DNA of 62,830 nt, from the NCBI GenBank assembly GCA_002633005.1, contig NMRA01000628.1:1-62830 (forward strand), in the 5' to 3' direction. The notes beneath the pieces were generated by a model. That model was not told the DNA's origin. It ran no database searches and worked only from the letters and a program-made list of their open reading frames with translations. Each line of letters opens with the position of its first letter. The first letter of the stretch is position 1. Source of the DNA: Phoronis australis (Eukaryota > Animalia > Phoronida). The translations under genes and the position numbers were made by a program. Below are positions 12,101-24,100 of the stretch, one piece after another.

Positions 12101-15100
12101 ACATGTGTTAGATAACGCCAAAATTTTAGCTTTGTCCAATAATGTCAAGGGTGCGCCAACAATACAGTTCCATCAAACTGACTTTTTTAATGCAACTAGT
12201 CTGCCGGGACTGGGGATCTCGGGACCGCAATTGGAGTTCAAAGGTGCGGCTGTCAAATCATTCCCCTGGATATAAGTCGTAAGAAACAAACGATCTGTGT
12301 TACAGTTTTGGGCGTATTTCAACTCTTTGCTTTGCTCTTGATTGATCTTGAATCACACCATCTAGTGCACCACATGATAGGTGGCACTGTAGTCTAATGG
12401 TCTTTAGCAGTGAGTATTTATATTAAATATTACTCACTGCTAAAGACCATTAGACTACTTTTTTGTCTTAATACATTCGGTCTTGGGTTTCCCAAGCTGA
12501 TGGATTTTTTTGCTTAGATACAGGTATCCTTTTACGCAAGTGACCTAGGACCTGAGCCAGAAACTTGATCTTATGCTCCGACCTCTTCACAATTCCTGTA
12601 TGGTGGTTTAGCTAATTGCATCACAGTCTAGAAGTAACTTGTAGCAATTATCTCACATTTAACTAACAGTTAGCTGTACCTGTGTAGTCTCAAAGACTTT
12701 GTAGTCTTGCTCAAGTGAGATTCAATCATTTTTCAGAAATTGCTTTGTGGAGGGTAAGACCAAATTCTTGTCTTACGTCTGAGTCACTTTTCGTGAAAGT
12801 GACCCCTACTCTTCGTCCATTTGTTGAATTAGAAATAAGCCAAAAAATCGTACCTAGGCAATGATTTTTATTAGGGATCGATTCATGTCTGGATAACAAC
12901 GTACATTGACATCATGTCTTGCTGGGTGACACTGTCATTGTTCAACAAAGTGTCACCTCTGTAGCAATTAGGTTTGTTAGTTTGTTAAAATTATTTAAAA
13001 ATATTGGGCACATAACGTTTCAAAACCTTAGTGTAATGTTTTTTTTTTCTTGTGTTTAGCCAAAACCCTTTCGAAGCCAAAGGAAGCAATAGTGAGCAAA
13101 GATTTTCGCTTGGCTGACAACCCATCACTGACATCCGAGATTCGCATAGAGAGAGGAACAGATGGAGGCCAGGAGCAACACACTTCTGTCTCCATGGTAA
13201 CCTGAATCAAATGGATTTAATAAAATAATACTACCGTCAGTATGAAGGTTCAAGAGACAAAATTACAGAGGTGTCGAAAATAGACCTCAGCAGTACAAAC
13301 TAAAGTGATAAGTCTTCGGCAATTCAAGTTGATGGAAGCTATTTTCTTTTAAAGTTCAGATTTTGTTGATTATTTGTTTTTCAAGCTGTATTTCACCCTG
13401 TTTAGCTCACTAAAATTGAATTGTGCCTTATACCGTTACAAAATCGAGCTTATGATGATCTTCAGCGTGATAGGACTCTGTTGCCATTGCCAACTGACAG
13501 AAACATTCTGTGCCAGCCTTCAGTGACTGAAAGAGCTTCAGAGTATATTTGGGTTCGTCAGCTTGAAATTGGGAATTTGACAGTGGCAGAACTACTTGTT
13601 GACTGTGACTTGACGTGCTAATGGGAACAGAATCTTACAGTAACCATTGTAAGACAAAAATAGTTGCCAAAACTGCATTTTTGATTACGTGGGTGTATTA
13701 TGCCGTCATCCCAGTATGTCAGGCGTACGCTGCTGTATCGCCAAAACTATTTCATTTATTTTCATGAAATTTTGTATGTGTTTTTTTTTTGCATATGCCA
13801 AACCATGCAGAGGATCATTATGAAAATTGGCAAATGTGTTCCTACTGACAAGAGCATGACTGGCCTGGCTTTCATCTACGATGGTGCCCTTTTGTAACAT
13901 TTTTTGCATGCTGTGTCTCCTAAATCCCCTTGCAAGATGTTTTTGAAATTTTGCAATAACTTCAGAGCATATGGATGGATTTGACTACTGCTGACAGTGA
14001 TTCCTAATGGCCGCTTGTTTTTTTTTTTTACTTTTGCCTTTAGTTCGTATCTTTGGAGTTCTTTTCACTGATATTTGTGAAATTTTGGCAAGTAATTTGA
14101 GAGAGAATGACTCCTTCCCATTTTTGGATGGGTTCAATGCTATTTGTGCCATCTACCGGACATTTTTTGGGCTAGAAATAAACACCCGTTCCATAGAAGC
14201 ACACCTTTGCAGTGCTGTGGTGGGTGCATCTCAACGCTCGGTGTCGCTCTTGTTTCATTTTTCACGGGCTTATGACCTTGCAGTAAACGCCCCCAGTTTC
14301 TGGTCAAGGCATGGATAAGGTGGGCATAATTTGCAAGACCAGTGACAGAGGAATGGTAGACCATAAACCAAACATCACCTGGTGGTAATTAGTTGCAGTA
14401 CGAAAACATCTAATGGCAGCTTTGAAGACAACAGTGCTTTCCAGAATGAATGTTCGTCATTGGTTACTTTTTACGTGTATCCAATTACGCATCAGGCGAT
14501 GTTTGTTGAATGTGTGGTCTACTTTTTTATTCAATAGACATGGTGATTTTTTCATTACCTAATTTATTTCCTCTTTTTGATGTCAAGCCTTATTTATTAT
14601 ATAACAACTTCTGTGTACTATTGATTCATTTATGTGATGGTTTGCTATTTTGCAACTCCATTGCATTGTCGGAGTTATCTCCCTTCTGGATTTGTGCAAC
14701 CATTCCACCAGCATGACTTATTAATTACAATCTTTTTGCCAGCAAACTCAACGCAGTCCATCTATTGCTGGCCTGTGTGGAAGCTCCGAGACCTCCTTTG
14801 TGACAGTTAGCTCGTCTGTGTCTCCGGTCTCTACACCTGTGGTGGACTGTACACCTCTACCCGACTGCACACCTCTGCTCGACTGTATACCTCTGCTTGA
14901 CTGTACATCTCTAACCAGTGTTGATCCAAAAAGGGGCAGCACCGATCTTAATTCTCAATCATGCAACAGCTATAAATCTGAACCTATTCCCTGCCATGAT
15001 TCGCACAAACCTTATGGCTCATCAACAGCCAGTGTTGGCAGCCATGTTGTACCCGAGGTTCCCGCTGGTAGTCGCAAGGCCAATGAGACAATGCACCTGA

Positions 15101-18100
15101 CTGGAGAACCAATCAGACTGCTGCAGAATGACTTGGTGCAGCCTGCCTCTCAGCCTTCGCCAGATGGATGTGATGTGGCAGCAATAAGCCTTGACAGAAT
15201 GGTGCAACCAACTATGCGGGGTCTCACACGATCGATGGATGACCTCCAAGTAGGAGGCAGTAAACATCAACTGTCAGAAACACAACTGTCTGCAGACTGT
15301 GATTCTTTGCCCAGTCTGGCAACTGATTGTGTGTTGGCCTCGCGTAATGGCAAGGTGAAGAAAAGGAAGAAGAAACAGAAGTCGAAGGAAGACAAATCTG
15401 AGCGTACAGACTTGATTGAGCCTCTGGTTCACCTTAGTAGAGGACTTGATATCGATCCATCTGCATGCGTCGGGGATACAGGTCGGAGAGAAGATTCGCT
15501 ATCCGCTGGGTTGATAGTCACATATGACATGTTTCCCCACTTGGCGAGTACCCCTAAGTACCTAGGTAAGCTACATAGTTTTACCTAGTTGTTGCATGCA
15601 TTTTGTGGAGGTAAAATTCCTTTTTTGAAATCAACTCAGTTGAGACGTAAGTTTAATAACTAAAGTGAGAATTGTCAGATGATTGCGAGTGGGACCTATG
15701 ACCTTCTTTGTTTCTTAATGTTGGAGACTCGGTGCAGAATTGACTATCATGTGATTTAGTGCTTACCATGAACCACTGAAACTCTAGTACTCAAAATTAT
15801 TTAAGTCGTTTGTGTTTACCCAAAGTTTATGTTGAAAAGGTGCAGACGGTCATTTGTAGTTGCCAGTCTGGAAATAGCCGAGGATATTTTAACTTCAGAG
15901 CACTGTAAGGTGTTCTGGTGCTAAGATCATTGGGACCACTTCCACATCTGTGTTGATGCGTCCAAATCGTGATTCTGTTGTTGTTTGGTGTAAACAAGCA
16001 TTGATTGTTTGTGTGATCTGCTCTCATTACTAAGTGATTAGTCATTGGCTCGTGTATACTTATGTCTTGAGATTTTTGCCAAATTTGCTTCCTATGCTTC
16101 TATTACTGCTCACTGACCAACTGGACTGAGGAACACAAGGCATGACATTTGACCTGTGCCCGGTTGCATGCAAAAGTCCCTAATAGGGACTCAACTAAGT
16201 TCTCTAAAATCTAAGATGTATTTATGGACGTGTGAAAACATCAATTGCCCTTCGTCTTGCATTGTTTTAGTTTCATTACTAAGCCAACTTATGACTTTCA
16301 CACATATCGAGAGTGTACTCTACATTGAATTGTCAATATTATCGAAAATAATTGGGGATCTTTTCATGCAACACCCCTACCTCAAGGACTGAGTCCCTAA
16401 TTATTTTCGATGAACTCTGGGTTCTGTTTAATAGTTATATTATTAGAAAATGTCATCAATCAAAGGGGAGCGCATAATAAAGATGAAATGTTAGAAACAT
16501 ATTTCATCTGTGAGTCCATAAAGACACAGATAGCAAAAAGACTTAAGGACCTTAGTTGAGTCCGTATTTGGGACTGTTTCATGCCACCGGCTACTGACGC
16601 TCAATGTTTCACTTGGTTAAAGAAATGGTACATTTTGTTTGTGTTCTTTGTGTAGAAGTGGGATGTGAGTACGGGATCACTGTAGAGCAACCTCTTGATG
16701 ACGCCGGGGGATTCTGGGCCGTCTTTGTCATGTCTCGGGAACAAGAGGAGGAGTTTGATCGATATCAGAAGATTCTTGAGTGAGTATAGAGTGGAGCAGG
16801 GTGTGTACGTAGTGTCAGGTTATTGCGTGCTTGACAATCGGGTCATGTAAGACCACGCAAATCAGATGAGTGTTTGGTGAGGAGGCTCAAGACCTCCATA
16901 GACTATCATAATGGTCAGCATTGAAGTGACGGGTTGTTAAGACTGGAATCCATGGTTCATTAATTCCTTTTAATGTGAAAATTTTCCATTGTAATGTGAC
17001 TGTGGTTGTGTGACTTTACTGAGCAGAGATGTCACTGCAGGTGATGGTAGTTCTGTGACTGTACTAAGCATATATCACTATGGGTGATGGTGGTTCTGTG
17101 ACTATTCTTAGCAGATATCAGTATGGACTATGGTGGTCCTGTGTGTAAAGTATCCGCTGGGATTTTTATGATGGTTCAGGAAACCTGTGTACTGGATGCA
17201 AAACATTGCATTTTCGTACAGAAATTTGCTTTTCAGTGTTGCGCATTAGTAAGCATCAACTGCATAAAATAATGTAACTTTGGTTACTTAGCAACTTAAT
17301 GATTGTGTAATGTAATACTTTATGATTCATAAATAGTTGAAATCGAAGAAGTCTTATTCAAAATCGTATATTTTTGTTTACTCAATCCTTCATTAGTTTG
17401 TACAGAAAATAACTTATGTAGCAGCGACAGACTTTGGGCTGTTAACCGTCTTTCGTTTTCATTTACCTATGACTTAGTCATTCATCGTGTGTCATGCGGC
17501 GTAAAGTGTTAGAAACAACTTCTGTGATTGGTGGATTACTTTGTTCATTTGACATCAGTTATCTCTGGGAAGCACTGTTGTGTTAGTGGTAAAATGAGTG
17601 AGCATGGATTTGGAATGTGGCTCCTCGATGTGGTGAAGGTTTTGTTCTGTGGAGTATCCCTATGACACACAGAATTGATTGTCGATGGTAAACAGCGAGT
17701 TGTACAAGGCTTCTTTGAATTGCGCACGTCAGGTTGTCTTACTGAACATTATCTGCTAGTTGTCGACCTATAGGACCTTTAAACTTTCTCTATGTTGATT
17801 GAAGCTGTGTTATTGTTTACGTGTTTGTGTCCAGTATGGTCTTTAATACAACCATTTTGTTTAGTGCCCATGCAGTGTCCGCCAATCCTGCTAGATGTCT
17901 CACCCTGTCAGACACCTACCTAGCACCTTATGAGGGAGCGTGGCACCGTGTTAAAGTGGAGAGTTGGGACTCAACAAGGGTAGGCTTCAAAATGGCATGC
18001 CATCGTCCATGTACTAGGCTACTCAGTCTTGACCTTTTTCAGTGCTGTGGTAACCAAATTTCACTGCAGTGTATCAGTCTCCAAACTTTTTTTCAGAGCC

Positions 18101-21100
18101 AGCTACCCTCCAGTAAAATAATTTGTTGGATCACTGCTAATGAGTATTCTGGTTCTGCACAAATTGTCACTTGAGTTTGTGTCACAAGCTGTTTGATATG
18201 AGAATCAAATGTTGTCATTTTGTGGTAGCGATGATTCCAACTGTGTTAGGAATCAAAAATTGTTCTCATTCACGAAATCACTGATCATTAAACTGTGTCT
18301 GGGCATAAAGGTATGTTCATAGCTGGCGGTCTGCCCGTGTGTCAGTTCACAGAATTGGAGACGGGTAAATATTAATTTATTAGGATTTGCTGAAGGACCA
18401 GCACATATTGGCATTCTTAGGAAATACGTGCAAAATGGGAAAGGAGAAAATTGATCATGTTGAAATATTAAACAGGAGTCCAGTGAAAGTTAAATCAAAG
18501 ATTGAAATTGGTGTACTGCAGGTGAATGCCCCAATTCTGATGGATACATACAATGTACTTCCTTTTTGTAGATAAAAGTGAACTTGAATTGCAAAGAATT
18601 GAGAATGCTTGCTAACTGTTCTCATTAATGTAAGGTCATTGTCACCATTATCATGCAGGCCACCGTACGCTACATGGACTATGGAAACAGTCTGGTGTTA
18701 CCACGTCATCAGGTGAAGACTCTGCCTAAGGACCTCTACACCAATGTGCCATTCCAGGTATGCCGTAGTTGTTACATTTACGCTTGTCTGAAGAGGTCGT
18801 GCTATGGGTCTCATTACGCGCCAACGTATTTATATAATATATTATGTGGGTGCATATGGCCATCATCTCTGTCCGGCTCATGCAGCTGTATCTCATAAAC
18901 CCCTCAGATGATCTTGATAAGGTTCAGCATTATGTGTTCCTAGTATGAAGCTGACAACTGATGATGACGAATTTCAGGCTGTTGTAACTACTGGTTTGCC
19001 CCCTAGTGTCAATTTTAATTGTTTAACATCTTTAACTCATCTTTAAAGGTCATCAACAGATTTTCATGAAATTTGGCACATAGGCATATATTAGTGAGGT
19101 GAGGGACGCTATCCTCGCGTTTTCGAGTGGATTCGTAGTGGCCATTTTCGAGTCTGTTTTTTGGCACTCGCCCCTCTATCAACCAAACCACGTACTCTCT
19201 GGATGATTGTGAAAATTGGCATTATGCTCTTAGTATGAACAGGATGGTTGACGATGATTTTCCGATGACTTTGACTACTATACATAGATGGCATATCCAA
19301 AATGATGACAACTTTCAGACGAATCCAACGAATGCTGTGCCCCCTATTGGCAATTTCATTTTTCCTCTTTTTCTCTGAAGTTCATTGACGGATTTTTGTG
19401 AAATCTGGTAAATAGCTTTCTATTATGAAATTGATGACATATCCTGTTTTCGGATGGTTTCGACAAATTTTGCACCATCTGGTTGCCATTTTTACTGCTT
19501 TCTAGAGTCTGTTTTTGGTGTCTGCCCCTTTATAAAGCAAACCATTCAAAAGGATGAAAATTGGTAGTTGTGTTTCTACTGTGAAGAGGACCGATGATGA
19601 TGATCTTTGGACCACTCTGACAGCTGTGACACCTCTTACTGGCATTGCTTTGCATCATTCTATGGCTTTATCTCCCAAACCCTCTTCAGGATCTTTACTA
19701 AATTTGTTATAAATGCATTTTATGAAGTTAACAACGACATTTCGATGGAACCGACTACCGCTGTGCCCCCTAGTGACAATTTTTTTGTTGTCATCTCTTT
19801 CTTTGAAACTAGTTGGCAGATTAAATTGAATTTAGTTTCTGCTAAGGAGAGGACGACGCCTTCTTATTTTCAGACAAATTTGAAAAATAAATTTGGGCCA
19901 TTCTGGAGTCATTTTACCATTTTTGAGTAGAAATCTGGAGATGTATTCCTATTGGGAAGATTGAGGCTGATGTTGATTTTCGGAGGTTTGAACATGTTAT
20001 AAATTTTTTGCCCAACTGTTGTATCTCCGTACCCTTTGCAAGATCTTCCTGAAATTTAACGAAGTTGTGTTGTTATGGAGATGGCAACTGATGACGCCAG
20101 TTTCAGTCCAATCCAACTACAGCTGTGCTCCCTAGTTGCAATTTTCTTTTTTTCTTATCTTTCTGTAACTTCAGAGTGCATTGATGCTTTTTCATGAAGT
20201 TTTGCATGGAGGGTACAACATCATTCTTTTTGGTAGCTGCCAATACACGCAAAGGATCTATATTAAAATTGGTAGATGTGTTCCAACTGACAAGAGGATG
20301 ACTGACATCGATTTTCAAACTGGTTCAGCTAGTTTCCGTCCTGGGGAAATTTTTTTCGCATCAAAGGCTTTATCTCCTAAGCTCCTTTCAAGATGTTTTT
20401 TTGAAAATTCATGACGTCGTTCTGTTGTTCAGCAACTTTTCCAGACGTGAGGGGTGCTTGACGTGCAATAACATCTGGCTCTTTTGTTAACTGCCCAGCT
20501 CAGTCTTTTGTCCCGTAAGACAACAGGCAGGCCAATTATCTCCCAGGCTTACTGAAACCTGACAGAATGGATTTTCTTAACTTTAGTTGTAGTTGCTGTT
20601 GGTCTATGTTCAAATATGTTATAACTTAACTTTATAACAGCACAGCCCAGTCAGGCTAGATAGGATCTCATTAGAGCAATTATCGAACAAAAGAGAGCCA
20701 GCCCTCCAAACATAAATGCCAGAATGGAATTAATCAGCCGTATAAGATATTGGCTACAGGGGTGATCTTCTCAACTTGTTGTTGGGCTATAGAATCGAAC
20801 AAGTTGGGAGCAATGGGAAAACGCCGTATGTTGCATTTGTATTCCTATTAATTTGACAGCACATGGGTACATTTTACTGCTGTGGTTCCTAATGGCAATT
20901 TGTTTTTGTTTTTTTTTGTTTGCCTTTGTATCTTTGGAGTTCTTTGACGGGTTTCCTTAAAATTTGGCAATTGTTTTGAGAGACGACGACACCTTCCCAT
21001 TTTTGGATGGGTTCAAGGTATTCTGAGTCGTCTAATTGCCATTTTTATGATACAAATAAACAACACTTCAACCACATTGTGTGTATGCGATGCATTCGTG

Positions 21101-24100
21101 GGTTCCATTCAATGCTCTGCTTTGCTTTTTTTTTACGTTTGCGAGTAATTGCTGGTTTTCCATACAATCCCGTTTCTTGTGAGAATGTCGTGTCCATCTG
21201 ACTTGCATACACACTTCCTAATAGTCAGTTGAATCATATTTTGTAGGCCATAAAATGCTGTCTGAATCTGACCTTGGACAAAACAAGAGAAATGTTCTCT
21301 GCTTTTGTGTTGAACAAATGGCTGATTGCAAAGACAGTAAGTGGTATATGTATTGGGTTCTTGATACTAAGTCCCGTGAGCCAGTGTTTGATCAACTTTA
21401 ATTGTTGGAGCATGTGAGGTTGATAGTTTGTCCCCAGTCATTCGTTTAATTGATAGGGAAGGTGTAAACCTCTGTCACTAGAGCTGTTCCAGGATTCGAC
21501 CAATCACATTTAAGTCACGTGTTGTAATTGCGGAATCTGAAAAATGATTTGTTTAAATAGAACTTAAGCACGTTGCATAGGGGCCATCAACTGAATAGAA
21601 TGATGTATCTCTCAAACTATGCGTAACAGTGCAGATAAATGTCCATTTAATTTATGACACCAATGCTTTAGTTGTTCCGGTTTTTGTAGAAAATTATTTC
21701 TGCATTTTGCCCTCTCTGACTAAAATAATTAGGTACCGAGTACAACTTCACACTAATTCCATCTGTCGTTTCGCATTTTTTTTCCTGACCAAAGCTTCGT
21801 CTCGTATATTTCTGGCAACATATGGCAGATCTCTGTCAAAAGTTTGACCTGGAAATTTCAAAACTAAATGTTCCATAATAGGTACTGTCTGCATTACAAC
21901 TTTTTAAAGGGAAAGGAAGCAATGTACTAGTTTCGTTCATTTTCATATGGAAAAGGGTTGTCGCTTGGTTATTCCAGTTAGTTGTCAATAGCAATGAAAG
22001 CAATTGTTTGATTTGAAACTTATCTTCGTTGGTTTTAGAAGACAATGATATGTGATGACTACAGCCCATCTGCTTTGGTCATCCTGCGGGACAAAGACAC
22101 TGGTGATTGTTTCGATGGAGGCAGTACGTATTTTTCTTACTGCATAAAGGAGTATTCAGGCTTTGATTTTGTTATAGAACGCACCAGACGTCGCAACCTC
22201 ATTAATGGTGAAATGTGTTTACAAGAAGTATGAAATGGTTTAATTTTTTAATGCCCAACCGTGACCCCTGTTTTATCAATAAAAATTATACCTGTGAACT
22301 GTCCTTTTTCTTTTGTGAGAATATACTAATTTGCCACCGGTGAGATATCGTTTTCATTTAATCGTGATGTGACAGAGGCATTTGTACAGTGGCCATGAGT
22401 TCTGCCAATTTCTTAATGTACAAGTCAAGTGAATGAAAATTTAGGATTTTTTGGCAGCACACGAGGCACATCTGACGTCCTGAAGTGGCTGCCCAGTGTC
22501 TATGAAATTAGGCCAAACGAAAGTTTTTCACTACTAACTAGCTTTGGAAGTCAGTGCATGAAATTTTGTACATGCATCTCGATTTCAGGTCCGTAGTGAA
22601 AGTGAATTAAAATGAATTGACTAGAAACTGATTCATTGCTTTTTTGGAAAAGGAATTTGACTGCTGTGATACGCAATGCTGAATAATTAAAACATTCTGA
22701 AGGTGTATCTTTTGTTAAAACGAGGTACATGGTGGCTGTGAGCACTTGGAGATCAATTCTGGGTCTGTTGTAGGTACTCGTCAATGTGTGGGTTTGTCAC
22801 CACCAGCAGTGCAACTGCAGCAGCTGAATGACTTGGGAGGTTGTCAACACGAAGACTTCAAAACCAACAGCAACAGTTCTGTGTCGATGAAAGCCAGTCA
22901 CTGGGTGGAGAAGAATATCACGTGTGAAGCTAGTGAGTTGATGTCCGACAGTGCCTGCTGCATTCACAGTGATGCAGGCAATGACAATGTGCAGTTATCT
23001 GAACAGAACTGTCCGGTGAACTTATGTGAATCATCAAGTGAGCTCACCTCCAATATTCTTGTTGATGTCCGGGAGCCAATGTCACCCGAAGAGACTGGCA
23101 GCAGACGAGAACCGACACTTGTGTCAACGGAGTGTTTAAGTGGAACGTCATTGACATCTATGAAAGAGAATCAAGATTTAGTCTTACATTTGGATGACGA
23201 TAGGCAAGAACATGACTCTAGAGAAGGCGCCACCAGCCAAGTAGAGGTCATTGAAGGAGCTCAGTTGGTGGAGGCAACAAGCTGTGATAATTTGCTCACC
23301 TGTTCTGAGGTCAAGCCAAATGACAGCGATCCCTTTGTGTGTGTGTTGAAACAAGCCAGCCGTGACATGTCTGACAGGAAGCCACATGGTCTGCAATCAT
23401 CAGTTGAAAATGCAGATAGCCAGTCTGTTGCCGGGGTCCCGTGCATGCCAACTGTGTCGTCCGTTTCCGTGCCAACTGTGTCGTCCATTTCCATGCCGGC
23501 TGCCTTTACTTCTAATGTCCGTTACCCCATGTCTTGCCAAAACGAAGTTGCCTCTGCACGCTCATCGTTCCATCCTTCGCGATATTCATCCTCTGTCAAC
23601 TCAGATGTTGCAGCCTCGCTGCCAATAACGGTGCTTCAACGACCCCATTTCTCTCCACCTGGGCGTGGTGCAGTGGGTCTGGGCCACCCTCGTCATTTTA
23701 GTGCCCTTCCTTATTACCCAGTGCCCCCACAATACTTGAACCGTCCTGCGGTGCCACCTTGTAGTGCGCCCCGCTATGTCGTGCCAATGACTCGTGTTGC
23801 TGCAGACCAGAGTCAACGAAAGATCCTTTCCCCTGTGCCCGATGATTTTGAGAGAATGGGTCAAGTGCATACTAAGGGGGAAAGGTCTAGCCATGCTGAA
23901 ACCATTTTGGAAAGTAGCGGTCATGTTGAGAATGTTGAACAAGGTGAAGGCGAGACTGGGACTGATGCCGAGGAAAAAGAATGGCCGTGTTCTGAAAGAT
24001 CCCAGTTGTGCACAGTACCCAATGAGGATCATAGTAAGTGTTGCATTCATTGGGAAAGGCCTTGTTGTGATCTGTATTACACAAGTTCACCATATTTTTA

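Noticed and set aside
23601-24050. 149-aa antisense ORF and other ORFs overlapping the 1260-nt exon
   Set aside because: Shadow ORFs of a GC-richer coding exon; no independent splice or domain evidence
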